Of a stretch of DNA of 64,000 nt, positions 38,601-47,653 are shown in pieces. The translations under genes were made by a program, and so were the position numbers. How positions within the stretch are numbered: position 1 is the first letter of the stretch; each line of letters begins with the position of its first letter. Under the pieces are notes generated by a model. That model searched no databases, had not been told where the DNA came from, and saw only the letters and a program-made list of their open reading frames with translations. The DNA is taken from the IMG/VR virus record IMGVR_UViG_3300021185_001461, positions 57,229-121,228 of that record; one strand, given 5' to 3'. This stretch comes from a virus.

Positions 38601-39896
38601 CATACAAAAACAATCACAGCCTATTCAGATTTAAATACCATAGACAGAGATTTTCATTCAGTGGTTAAATTAATTATGTTTGACGAAGTAGACGAACTTG
38701 ATAGAAGTGAGACGTATGCTTACAATAATGAAAACAAAGTTTGGGAGTTAGTACTTAAAAAGAACAACACAATTAAATTAGACGAAGGGTTGTTATCAGC
38801 AACAGGTGGCTGGGATAAAAATGCATGGGATTCCACACCTTGGGATTTTGCAGACATTTCTAGTTATTGGCTAACATTATTAGATGCACTACGAGATGAT
38901 ATATTTGTTGGATATTACAAAGATAAAATGAACACTTTCTTCTTTAGTGTTATTCATTACATACTAAGTTCGTTTAATCAAACAAACTGGATTAGAAAAA
39001 CAACTTATATTAAATTAGAATTTACTGGTCCACTTAAAACTGATGTTAGAAAATATACGAAAAACAAAATCAATAATGTGCTTGGGTACATACAAGAAGT
39101 TAAACCTTTCCATACTAAGTCAAGTACAGTACTTGCAAGCCATACTAACATAGACGAAGTAGGACTAACTGTTACGGAAACTCCACAAACAGTTATAAGC
39201 ATTAAGCCATCTGCATACGATGGCGTGTTTGGTAACGATAGATATTCAGGTGGCATCTTTGCTACTGACCATTCTAGTACAGACATATACGCAGGTGGCG
39301 ACTTTACTACTGACCATTCTAGTACAGACATATACAGCGGACCAGACTTCACAGAAGCAGAACTGTTTAACTACACAGTAGATGGTCATAATAGAAACAG
39401 TTTAGTAGAAGTTAAGCCATTAGAATTATTAAGAATTAACGTACAAACAAATGCGTCAGGTAGCACACATGCTAATGATTCATTAACGTTTGCACACATA
39501 CAAGACTACAGTGGATATGTAAATGCATATGCACTAACGGAATCAAAAGAAACAACATTAACATCACCGCTTACTTTAACAGACACAACTATAAGTGTAG
39601 CAAGCACAACTGCATTTAGCAGTGTTGGTATTGCATACATAAAAGGTGAGTTAATAGAATATAGTGTAGTAGATGCTACAACATTAGGAATTACAAAACG
39701 TGAACTAGCAGGAACATTTAAAGTTCTTGCAAGTACTGGAGACTCAATAGTAGATGTAACAAATTCAAAACTTACATTTGCAAATGAAGACCCAAGTCAT
39801 TATCAGTACAACACGTTAAGTGATACAATTTTAAACAGCCCAGGCTCAACACAAGCACAAGAGTTGCAATCATTAGGCAAGGGTATAGAGTTATAA
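29646..39896 (+). CDS. giant baseplate wedge/fibre protein (gp7-like position), 3416 aa
   Basis: Follows gp6; C-terminal YIQEVKPFHTK; internal CBM5/12-like and beta-rich insert. Confidence 0.7.
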   Translation: MAKKKAGQQKVNNVKSSNFLPSIFQTELNKSWLDSTLDQMVSKGPLDNIDGYIGSKHGNIAKANDVYIESQDSKTQLTPALVSYDKQKQLTNSIAFDDIANSINTNFATYNYNSAYSSDRYTFNPPIDIDKFVNHTNYRWVPELPVYESIWTGTSKNPITDIQTNGISTLTDDNNTFTVENQMLIKFTGSGWDASVLNKTYIVAGSVGEHKLYEYLDASGNRVYNNTVSHSEDADGGWWNGILHTVELNTSYSGYQASSVESPQQLVDHYNDDLTSLKLPYFSGFTFLNYKPESNNTQLIKNTLVKFTGSWTHTGITNNTDIFSLTIDATTGDVSIAAATADEIASANTTLSPDNNLMYNEGFPVDPQRDYIVIAKEDSGQTAWSRANHWVNISTIKKLQELIPTYDFTEVKNIKRKAQRPIIEYNAELHLWDTQTKTKINQYPLYKFFNTEGESLEGGCNKSFTGEKIFGYKEGTGTNDTELGFPLSYKDTPKGAEYEFENFILTHEYYTNHSNAEYSKATYSKEQLGYNFFKQNNVLKTIYTPAGIPAGAWSTAQYKVDTTDAALEIPYGSDNFKLNETFFLHKIDNNISISVAYSNGTTNTMHTGNAELYTVCESETIEFNNLTDITSTEIKIISNGVDIESTSIPEITFTRTSDKITLVTSGSSNGKQFNVVHDDGSTVTVLQSFIIDTECNKSFYKIQLNGANIDPSKVTINATTISIDESILALDDLVDFSWRSNDLTNETTDISLPDVHVHNSSNSVIKTFTMSETINHWTDKLNSMPGFDITLADNNYASIPHTTQYGGTIFVHENNTTMHDINYSNKKATITGALVEQGKEFNAFRTRVSSQARRLFTLGTSSVQQLTDDAITEIIRNKQKNTLYNTSNMLYGELSNKQQFSLEGAISTLPKTFKTRFTFNGDTNIRDHVYVYLTENNGSDKQIRRLLLKDRDYRFLSNTVEILIDYAALDSNLTEPKLEVYHIKMDEASFVPPSMVKLGLAYGVEPQVNNGILYTHDGKEISVTDETSLIDLDSTTFDPVNAVVYEMEKRIYAGLVKEDYMYSDEKKGRNKFNSPVEYLPTEHVNTWFKLNDLNNYLEKYYYKWARLNNITSLNTDNYYDAADPFTWNYSTLSIGSESMPGHWKGAYTHIFGTATPHLTPWHMLGHAFKPTWWDTHYSWTDATKRTALINALTNGIVSNPSSNTIQVLRNARYTWDWRDVPTGNCPVKTDGTLEDPDTVLGTPSNVDKEQDFVFGDWGPVEAQWRFSAEGQAVLLDAVLKLNPAKAWTDFFQPGAIDSYKSVIKNINHYTQDLINTKDFKIPGKIYESSIYSLKLKTTSQSNLEKDGYFNIIDDDQSTFARARYVLNDISLASGSTDSISLIERGLNFTGYPIVSYAGSDSVTNSINVDIKLKQIPFTANGIAQAQYNYLIRNSIDVNLEDLYTKLETKLQAKVNGFTNKHLLNLSSETSTVGDLTLGAEDFNVSMYEGSLNELVTASSVLVTKTVLGYKVEGFNNNTREFKFYEPNIDNPTDYITKDINGQALRRYNKFVTVPSIAEYDTQFSKTQDMYNFVRGYWKWMEVQGYTPQNDSDVASTDFINWAVTAEVNDSTILHLGQLIQYKPATGHVYEFNTLEYNSNDILSTDHTRIDNSKLGIKRIDGIVSIETKDSEFIGSTTSAVLNYEHIIILENKTKLGVTIYDDIKSNSLQRLVLTGQRTLNWTGEKKAPGYLIVNDSIVQNFDSAVQSVDNIYRTDVDEFNLSFSKSKDLTIGNIEGQMLDGLGINKNVLTNYYQGMIKEKGTKGAIEHVGKSNILHKAETTVSTYEQYMFRQTYLGNNDFEAALEIELKSSDINSSPQVITLDSTSTASNVIKITDDRVVNSTGTSPLITFEEVEYDDANLDILTGGEALVTETDYQVLSSNEISSVFDSTADYATIPTWSPTVSYKKGDQVRFRGHLWKCKVNFTGLDVVSPTIEATTPLATDQNILTYGTVASIDGTVTTIQRTREVYNDIVATGSSFTPFLESETLEIGYLANMTPITFSKQESIPTVVGPAAIKGEAGPISFNDVTGKAITINIRNTASNGTITDNNTVVNFDTTPLNVVENFTGDGIETQFTIAQILSSSTYAVDSITINGNLATAITDYNVASQVITFTSPPANASAIIVTLVHIPNQMSAEDIKDHINNAGITNLTASLETAGTVEVLQLSYQDTDIGNQLVLEAGSTNNDLGFITTPTPNQQIVASQLIQGVITPTNLTVEEVRDQINATANLAAQITASVSGGNIVLTDTDGSVNLAISGTARTKLGLETSYSTGTSTENRSATYAEAVADIQATLTAQSISGVNVVLVGNAIKFESTNSSLNLGDTDFNSQTGLQTGIIYASEGDVDNDWDTEHYAYFDPIVDDPALYNILIADDSDFEIESFGDVVTKFWGWNVLQVTQRRIWKYPGQWEDSNLYSLPSASKNAATVAAGGTATTCGICAGLSSKDGNDAEITTNLPHQLNVGDYVQLLNTDTTPTIDGIHKVTKIDPNDAYVFYIDEFIEKCGNAQSIMPLVTTRFKNKDQRGDTASTTVFGAEDSRRWNIPVGALTFVNNVDGVRGTFVEKKTATSPTYEFVRTNTTRPTNKDIDSVIIYNQKTNQSKVQLEVWDPMRKIIPGIAQRNLDYINFSDNAIYSTSTDESHLTDEDNAWGSEQLGTRWWDTSRARYYDYDQGGLRVAGSWGYLYPGAEIAVWEWIKSNVAPDDYAKAVTESKEMFGTVATGEAYFIYDSVAKENVYYYTTEKEYNSDTGNYNDVYYFWVKNKTTTTDTRTLSAFDVANIIENPSANGISWFAVTNNNSFIVSNINYYLEDENTVLQINKAGNKFNSHNEWTMIAKDKDLIPEYYFNSMKHSFSGVNSATGDAIPYSTLHRFNRYGNDMDIGQTWFNDLSGARRNAVVTLNEIFKNINLNDVYKNTWDKTFIANKFPTLLWEWIDYKLETYNSTYNHTKTITAYSDLNTIDRDFHSVVKLIMFDEVDELDRSETYAYNNENKVWELVLKKNNTIKLDEGLLSATGGWDKNAWDSTPWDFADISSYWLTLLDALRDDIFVGYYKDKMNTFFFSVIHYILSSFNQTNWIRKTTYIKLEFTGPLKTDVRKYTKNKINNVLGYIQEVKPFHTKSSTVLASHTNIDEVGLTVTETPQTVISIKPSAYDGVFGNDRYSGGIFATDHSSTDIYAGGDFTTDHSSTDIYSGPDFTEAELFNYTVDGHNRNSLVEVKPLELLRINVQTNASGSTHANDSLTFAHIQDYSGYVNAYALTESKETTLTSPLTLTDTTISVASTTAFSSVGIAYIKGELIEYSVVDATTLGITKRELAGTFKVLASTGDSIVDVTNSKLTFANEDPSHYQYNTLSDTILNSPGSTQAQELQSLGKGIEL
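39262..39335. repeat. 29-bp direct repeat, 45-bp period (TDHSSTDIY x2)
   Basis: CTACTGACCATTCTAGTACAGACATATAC at 39262 and 39307. Confidence 0.9.
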
Positions 39897-39940
39897 TACT
39901 ATTTAACGAATTGCATAAATAGTGTATAAGGAATAGGAAT

Positions 39941-40537
39941 ATGAAAACATTAAACGAAAACTCAAATGTTAAAGTAGAAGGACACGTTGTAATCACAGAT
40001 GTTGATTCAGGCGAAGTTTTACTTGACAAATATAACGCAATTAACTTTCAGAACTTTGCATATGCGGTAGCACAAGCAATGAGTGGAGGAACTACATATG
40101 CTATAAGCAAACTAGCTTTTGGCTTTGGTGGTACTACAATTGACGTTAATGGAAATATAACATACAAAGATGCAAGAGTATCTGGCGAAGTAGTGGACGG
40201 ACTATACAGTCCAAGTCCAGCAACAATAGGTGACGATCCGGCAGTAAGTCCATTGCAAAAAGCAGTAACTACATTTACTGTTAATAATGCAGCCAATCAA
40301 CCATACACGGATTTAGAGTGTAAGGTTATATTAGATTACGACGAACCAGACCCATCGGGACCAACTACAGACAATGCATCAGATTTTGATGATGCTGATA
40401 GTTTTGTATTTGACGAAATTGCATTAATGTCTAGTGCAGATACTTACTTGACACATTTAATATTCCATCCTATTCAAAAAAGTAATAACAGAAAATTAGA
40501 GATATTATATACTCTAAGAATTAGAGCAGGAGTATAA
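39941..40537 (+). CDS. virion structural protein (baseplate/fibre attachment)
   Basis: GHV.ITD...GEVL.DK.NAI, FDEIAL, THLIFHPIQKS.NR; late box at 39914. Confidence 0.65.
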   Translation: MKTLNENSNVKVEGHVVITDVDSGEVLLDKYNAINFQNFAYAVAQAMSGGTTYAISKLAFGFGGTTIDVNGNITYKDARVSGEVVDGLYSPSPATIGDDPAVSPLQKAVTTFTVNNAANQPYTDLECKVILDYDEPDPSGPTTDNASDFDDADSFVFDEIALMSSADTYLTHLIFHPIQKSNNRKLEILYTLRIRAGV

Positions 40538-40538
40538 T

Positions 40539-41480
40539 ATGGCATCAGGATATACAATTAGCAAACACGGTGTAACAGGCACTAACAATGGCGGAAGTTT
40601 TAATATTGCTGATGAAACTGTAAACACATTAGATACTAGTTTAAGTTTAGTGGGCAAGTATCATGTTGGATACGGTGCCGACATTGCACAAAATCAGGTC
40701 AGCTTATTAGAAAACTTTGCAAGTGACAATGAGCCAAGTAATCCAATAGAAGGACAGCTTTGGTGGAAACCAGTAGACACACAATTGTTTGTACGAAGCA
40801 ATGGTGCGTGGATTGGCATAGATATGTCTGATCGAATAATTTCAGTGAAAGATACATTAGGTGCATATCATACAGTAATTTTATCTACAGTAAATTCAGT
40901 ACCAGTTTCACTTACAAGTACAGAGACAGACTGGGTTATTCATGTAGATCAGACAGACATTGAACCTCACTTTAGAGATAATGGTTTAGTAGGAACACCA
41001 GGTTCAGCAACTATTAAAGCAGGTATTAATTTAAACACAGACAGTACAAAAGCAATGAAGTTTCACGGAACTGCAACTACGGCACAATACGCTGACGTGG
41101 CAGAGCTTTATACTTCAGATGAAGAATATGCTCCAGGTACTGTTATAACAAATAATGCTGATGACTCACAAGAAGTTACACAAACAGTTAACTCCTTAGA
41201 CAGTAAAGTAATTGGTGTAGTAACAACAGACCCTGCATTATTAATGAATAGTACTTTAGATGGAACTACTGTTGGTGTAGCACTATTAGGTAGAACTCCA
41301 TGTAAAGTTATCGGAACAATCAATAAAGGTGATAGAATTATCAGCAGTAGTGTTCCAGGACACGGCCAATCTGAAAAGAATGTAAGCGAATATACATATC
41401 AGCATGTTATTGGCAGAGCGGTTGAGTCTAAAACATCTACAGGCGAAGGAACCGTTGAAGTAATAGTTGGAGTAAAGTAA
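40539..41480 (+). CDS. tail fibre protein with C-terminal peptidase-G2/IMC-like chaperone domain
   Basis: LLENFA...P.NP..GQLW; C-terminal YADVAELY...VIGVV...PA..M...VALLGR.PCKV.G...KGD. Confidence 0.75.
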   Translation: MASGYTISKHGVTGTNNGGSFNIADETVNTLDTSLSLVGKYHVGYGADIAQNQVSLLENFASDNEPSNPIEGQLWWKPVDTQLFVRSNGAWIGIDMSDRIISVKDTLGAYHTVILSTVNSVPVSLTSTETDWVIHVDQTDIEPHFRDNGLVGTPGSATIKAGINLNTDSTKAMKFHGTATTAQYADVAELYTSDEEYAPGTVITNNADDSQEVTQTVNSLDSKVIGVVTTDPALLMNSTLDGTTVGVALLGRTPCKVIGTINKGDRIISSSVPGHGQSEKNVSEYTYQHVIGRAVESKTSTGEGTVEVIVGVK

Positions 41481-42806
41481 ATGCTGCCTAAGCCTATTTC
41501 GGTCACAGCAATAGATTTAATAGAAGCCCAAGATCTGAATGATCTTGTTGCCTTTTATAATGAGCTTTGGAATGACCCTAGTACTGGCCCTTTTACATAT
41601 GCAACACACAATGATGCAGTAGGTCCCAATCATGATGGAACTACACACAATGATCCACTTAATTTAGATAGAAGATACGGCTGGGGACAATCCGCAGCAA
41701 CAATTAATCCCACACCAATAGCATCAACTTCTTTAAATAATTATAATGGTACAGTGGTTACACTCAATGACATTAATCAAATTACTGCTCAAATAAACGC
41801 AGGTGGATATCACAAAGAAGACAATCCAATTATTGGCGGACTAATAGCACTCACGGGTGCAGATACACTTTCGGTGGGAGACAAAATTCCAACTTCATTA
41901 TACAACAGTGTATGCACACTTGCAGACAATTTGTTTACAGATCAATATAAAACAGACTGGCTTAATCTAAATCCAACCGAAGTTACATCAGTTAATACTT
42001 CTAGTTGGACAGCCGACTTAGAGGTAGTTCATAAATTTGTATTCACAGACTACAACGAAGCTAGACACTTTTTTAATAGTGGTGGAGAGTTTACATTAGA
42101 ATTAAGTATGGCAAATGGCGGCAACTCATATAACCAAGTATGGCAAAATATATTTGATCAATTTGATAGTATTAGAATTGGTGCTGAAACTTGTAGAGTT
42201 GTTCACGACTCCGGCGCTGATAACGGTGAAACACAATATGATGTAATATCCACTAGTGGAGTTAACAAAGGATTCTACACTGGACTAATATATTCATCTA
42301 CTCCAGAGTTTAATACTATACTTGATGCAGGTGTTTTTAGATATGCAAGCGGTGGCGACTATGCTTATGCTTATGCTTATGCCTATGCTCATGTATATGA
42401 GTATAGTGAGTATAACAGCAGAAGAATTAGAATACAAATAAAAGCAGATGAAGTAGGTGGAACATTTAATATATACGTTAAAGTTATATTAATTGAAGAT
42501 GTTGATGATTTATCTCCTATTACACAAAATATTACATTAACATCTGGATACGCACAACCTAGTACAGTACCAGATATTGCTGACTTAGTAGGTGTACCAT
42601 ACGCTACAGTAGGATCAACTTTATACCAATTTATAGAAAGAGCAGCTCCTATTGTCGAAGAATGGTACGTAGATGACTCTAATCCAAGTGTACTAGGATG
42701 GCAATCTGTAGATGTTACATCACCACAGCAACTAGAAGATTGGATAGACGGCTCAACAAACTGGACATACAGTGGATCTGGCACCATATTCAACAAGAAC
42801 TCATAA
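41481..42806 (+). CDS. virion structural protein
   Basis: 441 aa in the tail operon; YGWGQ and ARHFFNSGG motifs; short YA repeat. Confidence 0.6.
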   Translation: MLPKPISVTAIDLIEAQDLNDLVAFYNELWNDPSTGPFTYATHNDAVGPNHDGTTHNDPLNLDRRYGWGQSAATINPTPIASTSLNNYNGTVVTLNDINQITAQINAGGYHKEDNPIIGGLIALTGADTLSVGDKIPTSLYNSVCTLADNLFTDQYKTDWLNLNPTEVTSVNTSSWTADLEVVHKFVFTDYNEARHFFNSGGEFTLELSMANGGNSYNQVWQNIFDQFDSIRIGAETCRVVHDSGADNGETQYDVISTSGVNKGFYTGLIYSSTPEFNTILDAGVFRYASGGDYAYAYAYAYAHVYEYSEYNSRRIRIQIKADEVGGTFNIYVKVILIEDVDDLSPITQNITLTSGYAQPSTVPDIADLVGVPYATVGSTLYQFIERAAPIVEEWYVDDSNPSVLGWQSVDVTSPQQLEDWIDGSTNWTYSGSGTIFNKNS

Positions 42807-42813
42807 ATTCCTA

Positions 42814-42842
42814 TTGACAATCAAGACTAAATAGTGTATTAT
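42814..42842 (+). promoter_or_regulatory. composite promoter (sigma70 with an embedded late-type box)
   Basis: TTGACA-17nt-TATTAT with CTAAATA inside the spacer; heads the enzyme island. Confidence 0.65.
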
Positions 42843-42868
42843 ATACATACATAATGAAGGAGTATTCT

Positions 42869-43216
42869 ATGGACGAAAGACTCGAGAAGGCATTAGACTT
42901 TAGTAACTATGCTTTAACGATTAACAATCAAAAGAGAAATATCAGGAACAGAGTAGCACAACTACAAATTGTACATCACTTAGGTGGTGTGTTTATTGCT
43001 AATCACGAAACAATTGCTTTTGTAAAAACATTAATAGATCTAAAACACAAAAGTTCTGTTGTTATTGATAGTAAAAATAATCCTATTACAGTAAAAAGTT
43101 TAAAAGAATTACTAGAAAAATTAGTAGATGCATATACAAGTGCTACTACAGAATTTGATGTTGAAAATGAAAAGATAAAAAAATCACGCAACATTAAAAA
43201 AATAATGGATTGGTAA
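42869..43216 (+). CDS. hypothetical protein
   Basis: MDERLEKALDFSNY...; AAGGAG RBS upstream. Confidence 0.7.
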   Translation: MDERLEKALDFSNYALTINNQKRNIRNRVAQLQIVHHLGGVFIANHETIAFVKTLIDLKHKSSVVIDSKNNPITVKSLKELLEKLVDAYTSATTEFDVENEKIKKSRNIKKIMDW

Positions 43217-44109
43217 TGCTAGAAGTTCAAGCACAAAAAGGCGTATGCTTCTTTGCTTACAATAATGATCAATTAGATTATGTAAAGATGGCAATTGTTG
43301 CCGCTAGATATGTTAAGAAGAATTTAAAACTTCCAGTGTGTTTAATCACTGACGAAGGAAGTGAAAGCTGGCTTGAAGAAAGTCATCCTAAAAAACTTAT
43401 TAAAGAAACATTTGATTATATTATAATTACTAACGACGAAATGAAAGACAACCGCAGGCGACACTATGATAGTCCATGGACACAGTTTGCTGCACAGTTT
43501 AGTAACAGTAACAAACATAAAATATTTCAATACAGCCCATTTGAGCAAACACTATTACTAGATATAGATTATATAGTAAAAACAGATACGTTATTAAAAT
43601 ACTTTGATAATGACTATCCTGTGTGTATGTTTGATAGAGCTACGACACTTAGAAACGAATTGCCTGCTTTACAAGAAAGATTTTTATATGATGCAGGAAT
43701 TAAAATGTGGTGGAGTACAGTTATATACTTTGACCGCAGTGACTTTAGTAAAATGTTTTTTGATGGATGGGCTCATGTAGCTGAGAACTATGATTTCTAT
43801 CAGTACTTGTATAACTTTCCAAGTAAATTATTCCGTACAGATTATTGTGTAAGTATTGCAATACATATACTAGCTGGTATGCAAGATGAACAATCATTAA
43901 TAGGAAACTTTGATAACACTGCATTAGTAAACATGAGTCAGAAGGATGATATCATTGAAGCTAAAAATGATAACGAATGGATAATGCTTTCACATGATCA
44001 GAAAGAGGTATGGAAAAATATTTTAGTTAACACAAGCAATCAAGACATACATGTTATGAATAAGCGAGCATTTGATAGAGTTATACCAGATTTAATGGAG
44101 ACGCTATGA
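43216..44109 (+). CDS. GT-A fold glycosyltransferase-like protein
   Basis: SPFEQTLLLDIDY (DxD), WSTVIYF, FRTDY. Confidence 0.7.
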   Translation: MLEVQAQKGVCFFAYNNDQLDYVKMAIVAARYVKKNLKLPVCLITDEGSESWLEESHPKKLIKETFDYIIITNDEMKDNRRRHYDSPWTQFAAQFSNSNKHKIFQYSPFEQTLLLDIDYIVKTDTLLKYFDNDYPVCMFDRATTLRNELPALQERFLYDAGIKMWWSTVIYFDRSDFSKMFFDGWAHVAENYDFYQYLYNFPSKLFRTDYCVSIAIHILAGMQDEQSLIGNFDNTALVNMSQKDDIIEAKNDNEWIMLSHDQKEVWKNILVNTSNQDIHVMNKRAFDRVIPDLMETL

Positions 44110-44957
44110 ATAAAGAAAACCGAGGATATGTAATATTAGCAATGCAAGACTTTGAGTATGAGCAAGCAACTGCACTTGCATATAGTATTAAACTACATAA
44201 CAAAGACGCCAGTGTTACACTAGTGACTAATTATGTTGATCGTATACCAAAACATTTTGAAGAAGTATTTGACTACTTAGTAGACATGCCTTATGGATCA
44301 AGCGACATTACTAGAGTAAATGATTGGCAACTGTATTGGTCAACACCATACGTTCATAATATTGTTATTGACTGTGCAAGCCTTGTAAAAGAAAACCACG
44401 ACAGTATATGGGAATACCTAGAAGATCATTATGACATTTACTTTTTTAATCAGTGCGATAACTTTAGAGGAATGCCTTTAAAAAATAAAACATTTGAATT
44501 ACTAAAAGAAGAATACAAACTTAATCCAGTATACTCTCATATGTTTTATTTTAAGCACGATGCAGAAACATCACTTGCGTTTTTTAAACTAGCAGATGTG
44601 TTTATGCGAAACTGGAGAGATGTGTTTAATCATTATTTTTCTAAAGCACATACTCCATCTTCATATGATAGTAATATTATGTACAGTTTACTAAACACAA
44701 TAGTATTATTTGAATATCCTTCATTGCATGAAAATATTATAAACACAATTAATATGCCTGGTACATTAGCATCTGGTAATATTGGACAATGGAACAAATG
44801 GACAGATAGATTAAATGTATGGAATAGTGAACATGCAAAAGTTAAAATTCAAAACTATGCAGTTGCTACTAATCTATATTATGGAGAACAAGAGTTTTTA
44901 ACAGAAGATATTTTTAATGGACACCGAGATACTTACAGAGCAACAGCAAAGCGTTGA
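44106..44957 (+). CDS. glycosyltransferase-like paralog with degenerate DxD
   Basis: RGYVILA...A.ALAYSIK, TPY...IVIDCA. Confidence 0.6.
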   Translation: MNKENRGYVILAMQDFEYEQATALAYSIKLHNKDASVTLVTNYVDRIPKHFEEVFDYLVDMPYGSSDITRVNDWQLYWSTPYVHNIVIDCASLVKENHDSIWEYLEDHYDIYFFNQCDNFRGMPLKNKTFELLKEEYKLNPVYSHMFYFKHDAETSLAFFKLADVFMRNWRDVFNHYFSKAHTPSSYDSNIMYSLLNTIVLFEYPSLHENIINTINMPGTLASGNIGQWNKWTDRLNVWNSEHAKVKIQNYAVATNLYYGEQEFLTEDIFNGHRDTYRATAKR

Positions 44958-45894
44958 TCGTACTTACTTTATAGTATTCGATACTAATGGTAAGATACGT
45001 AAGATCAATAGCTCACCCGGCGAGCTAAAAGATGAAAGTTTAACTCAGATTGAAACTACTAATCCTATTTGTAAACAACTTATAAAAGGTAATGCTAGTT
45101 TAAAGAAGTATGGAGTTATATGGGATATTGTTAACGAAAAGTGGGAAATTGATAGAACTGATACTAGGTTAACATTAAAAACAATAGCCACTAGTAAAAT
45201 TGTACAATTTGATCATAACATAGATAAAAAGTCTGCAGAAATATTTGTTTCTATATACACAAGTGATAATACAGTAGTAGTGTATGCAAACAAAAATAGA
45301 ATTAAAGGCATGAAAAATTTAACTGATATACAAGAAATATCAACAAATAAAACAGATATACTAGATATATTTCTTACAAAGAAAAACGATCCAGACTATT
45401 TACTTGCAATACTTAAATTAGATCCACTTACATTGTTTGTAAAAGGATCACAAGTAATAAATCTTGACACTAATATTATTGAGCATGTTGATTGGAATAA
45501 CATGAGCATGTATACAAAACCAATATTTAATAATTATGGTTGTACTTTGATTGGGCAAAAATATAAAGAGGCAGGAGACGTAGCAAATACAGTTCTCCAA
45601 TCACAAAATGCCCAAGATAAAGACATCATAAATATTAACGTAGTAGATAATGTACTATACGCAAAGAGCCATTTGGCCAGTGATAGAGATCATTATTTTG
45701 AAGATTATCGTTATCTAAAAGTTCTTGTTTGCGACAACAGTCCAGATAAGTTAGCAGGAGCATTTGAATTACCAGTTGATGTTCTACTAAGTAATGAAAA
45801 CTATAATACCAAAATAGACTTTAAATGGCCAAAGAAACCGTTGTTATTATATAAGAATAATTACATAACAATTCGTATAAAGGAGATTACATGA
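44917..45894 (+). CDS. hypothetical protein
   Basis: 325-aa ORF within the operon. Confidence 0.65.
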   Translation: MDTEILTEQQQSVDRTYFIVFDTNGKIRKINSSPGELKDESLTQIETTNPICKQLIKGNASLKKYGVIWDIVNEKWEIDRTDTRLTLKTIATSKIVQFDHNIDKKSAEIFVSIYTSDNTVVVYANKNRIKGMKNLTDIQEISTNKTDILDIFLTKKNDPDYLLAILKLDPLTLFVKGSQVINLDTNIIEHVDWNNMSMYTKPIFNNYGCTLIGQKYKEAGDVANTVLQSQNAQDKDIININVVDNVLYAKSHLASDRDHYFEDYRYLKVLVCDNSPDKLAGAFELPVDVLLSNENYNTKIDFKWPKKPLLLYKNNYITIRIKEIT

Positions 45895-46652
45895 ATACAT
45901 TAGATCCAGTTGTTTGGGAGAACCGAAGAACAACAAGACTGTTTTCAGAAGAAAACAAAACAATACCCGATGAAGATTTAAAATACCTAGCAACAGTAAT
46001 TAACAATATTCCTAGTCAATGTAGTATTAAATCTCATTTTTGGCTATACTTAGGGCAAAGCGAAGAAGATATGAATATTCGCAAATGGATGGCTGACAAT
46101 ATTTATTGGACGCCAGATGATACAGATGAATCTGCAAATCCAAAAAGAGAAACTATGCTTGGTATTATACAAGCACCTGCTATTCTAACGTGTGTTAGAA
46201 CTAGTAGTCCGTGGGCTAATCCAGAAACAGGAAAGACTAAAGACGATCACGAACAGTTAGCAGACAGAAGTGAAGGATTTTTTGCAGGAGCAATTTTAGC
46301 CACATTATTAAATATGGGTTATAAAGTTGCAACATTTGGATGTACTGCCGGAGCATCTGCTCTTGGAAGACAAAACAAACTGGCTATCTATGATGAATAT
46401 ACTAGAATAATAAAAGAAAAGCACGGCAACGAATTACAAGAAATGATTGATAAGTTTCCAGGACCGTCAGGTAATTGGAAAGATATTTCATTCTTTCCTG
46501 GCGTTACGCAATGCTTTGGAGCAGAATCAACAGACGAAACAGTAGCATGGAATGGAAAATATGATACATGGACTGAACCAAATGGCAAAGAATATAATTT
46601 TGTAAACGGAATAAAAACTAGAACACCAGTAGATACCTGTGTTGGATTTTAA
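45891..46652 (+). CDS. nitroreductase-like flavoprotein
   Basis: N-terminal RRTTRLF...IP, PS motif, QAP. Confidence 0.6.
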   Translation: MNTLDPVVWENRRTTRLFSEENKTIPDEDLKYLATVINNIPSQCSIKSHFWLYLGQSEEDMNIRKWMADNIYWTPDDTDESANPKRETMLGIIQAPAILTCVRTSSPWANPETGKTKDDHEQLADRSEGFFAGAILATLLNMGYKVATFGCTAGASALGRQNKLAIYDEYTRIIKEKHGNELQEMIDKFPGPSGNWKDISFFPGVTQCFGAESTDETVAWNGKYDTWTEPNGKEYNFVNGIKTRTPVDTCVGF

Positions 46653-46666
46653 GGAGAGGAGATATT

Positions 46667-47653
46667 ATGAGCAGTATGCAAAGCATAAACGAATTTGATA
46701 TAGTGTTTATCAGCTATGATGAACCTAATGCAGATGAAAACTATAATGATTTAATTAATAAGGCACCCTGGGCCAAGCGAAGCCACGGAGTGTTTGGAAG
46801 TGATGCGGCGCACAAAGCTGCTGCAGACTTGGCAGAAACAGATAGGTTTATTACTATTGATGCAGACAACATAGTCAGAGAAGAGTTCTTTGGTGTTGAA
46901 GTAGACATGAGTAAAATTAGAAGTACAGATGTTATCAGTTGGGCAGGAAAGAATACAGTAAACGGATTAGTGTACGGCAACGGTGGAATCAAATGTTGGC
47001 CCAAACCAGTAGTGTACGGAATGGAAACACATGAGAATGCACCAGCAGGAGATAAGCGAGCTCAAGTTGACTTTTGTTGGAACATTAACTATGTGCAAAT
47101 GAATAACATATATTGTGATGTAATGAACAATGCTAGTCCACTACAGGCTTGGCGTGCAGGTTTTCGTGAAGGAGTTAAGATGGGATTGGTTGGCGGTGAC
47201 GTTATTGATCCATTAAAACTAAAAGAAAAAGTACATGACAAGAATTATAAAAGACTACTTACATGGATGAGTGTAGGTGATGATACTGAAAATGGACTAT
47301 GGGCAATTTATGGATCAAGACTTGGATGTCATATGACAAACATTACTAGAGGAAATTGGGATTGGAAAAATGTTAGAGACTTTGATTATCTAAGTAATAT
47401 GTTCCTCAAAGAAGTATTACCAAACTTTGAACAGTCTTCTGATCAACTATGTCCACGTACTGGAATGAAATGGAACTATAATACGCTACAAGAAGAAAGC
47501 GACAGACTTGGTTATGAATTACGCAAAGAACTAGATTTAGAAATTGCCGACTTAGGCAAAGAAGGTTCACGCTTCTTTAAAGAAGTTTATATTAACCCAA
47601 GCCGTATGGGAGCACAAATCAGGGAAGACCAGGTAGAAGATACACTAGAATGA
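46667..47653 (+). CDS. GT-A fold glycosyltransferase-like protein
   Basis: FISYDEPNA, AHKAAA, IDADN (DxD), NGLVYGNGG, AWRAGFREGVK. Confidence 0.7.
   Translation: MSSMQSINEFDIVFISYDEPNADENYNDLINKAPWAKRSHGVFGSDAAHKAAADLAETDRFITIDADNIVREEFFGVEVDMSKIRSTDVISWAGKNTVNGLVYGNGGIKCWPKPVVYGMETHENAPAGDKRAQVDFCWNINYVQMNNIYCDVMNNASPLQAWRAGFREGVKMGLVGGDVIDPLKLKEKVHDKNYKRLLTWMSVGDDTENGLWAIYGSRLGCHMTNITRGNWDWKNVRDFDYLSNMFLKEVLPNFEQSSDQLCPRTGMKWNYNTLQEESDRLGYELRKELDLEIADLGKEGSRFFKEVYINPSRMGAQIREDQVEDTLE

Noticed and set aside
42360-42389. TATGCT microsatellite (YAYAYA) as a phase-variation switch
   Set aside because: The 6-bp unit keeps the frame and one copy is synonymously diverged, so it looks like a protein-level repeat.
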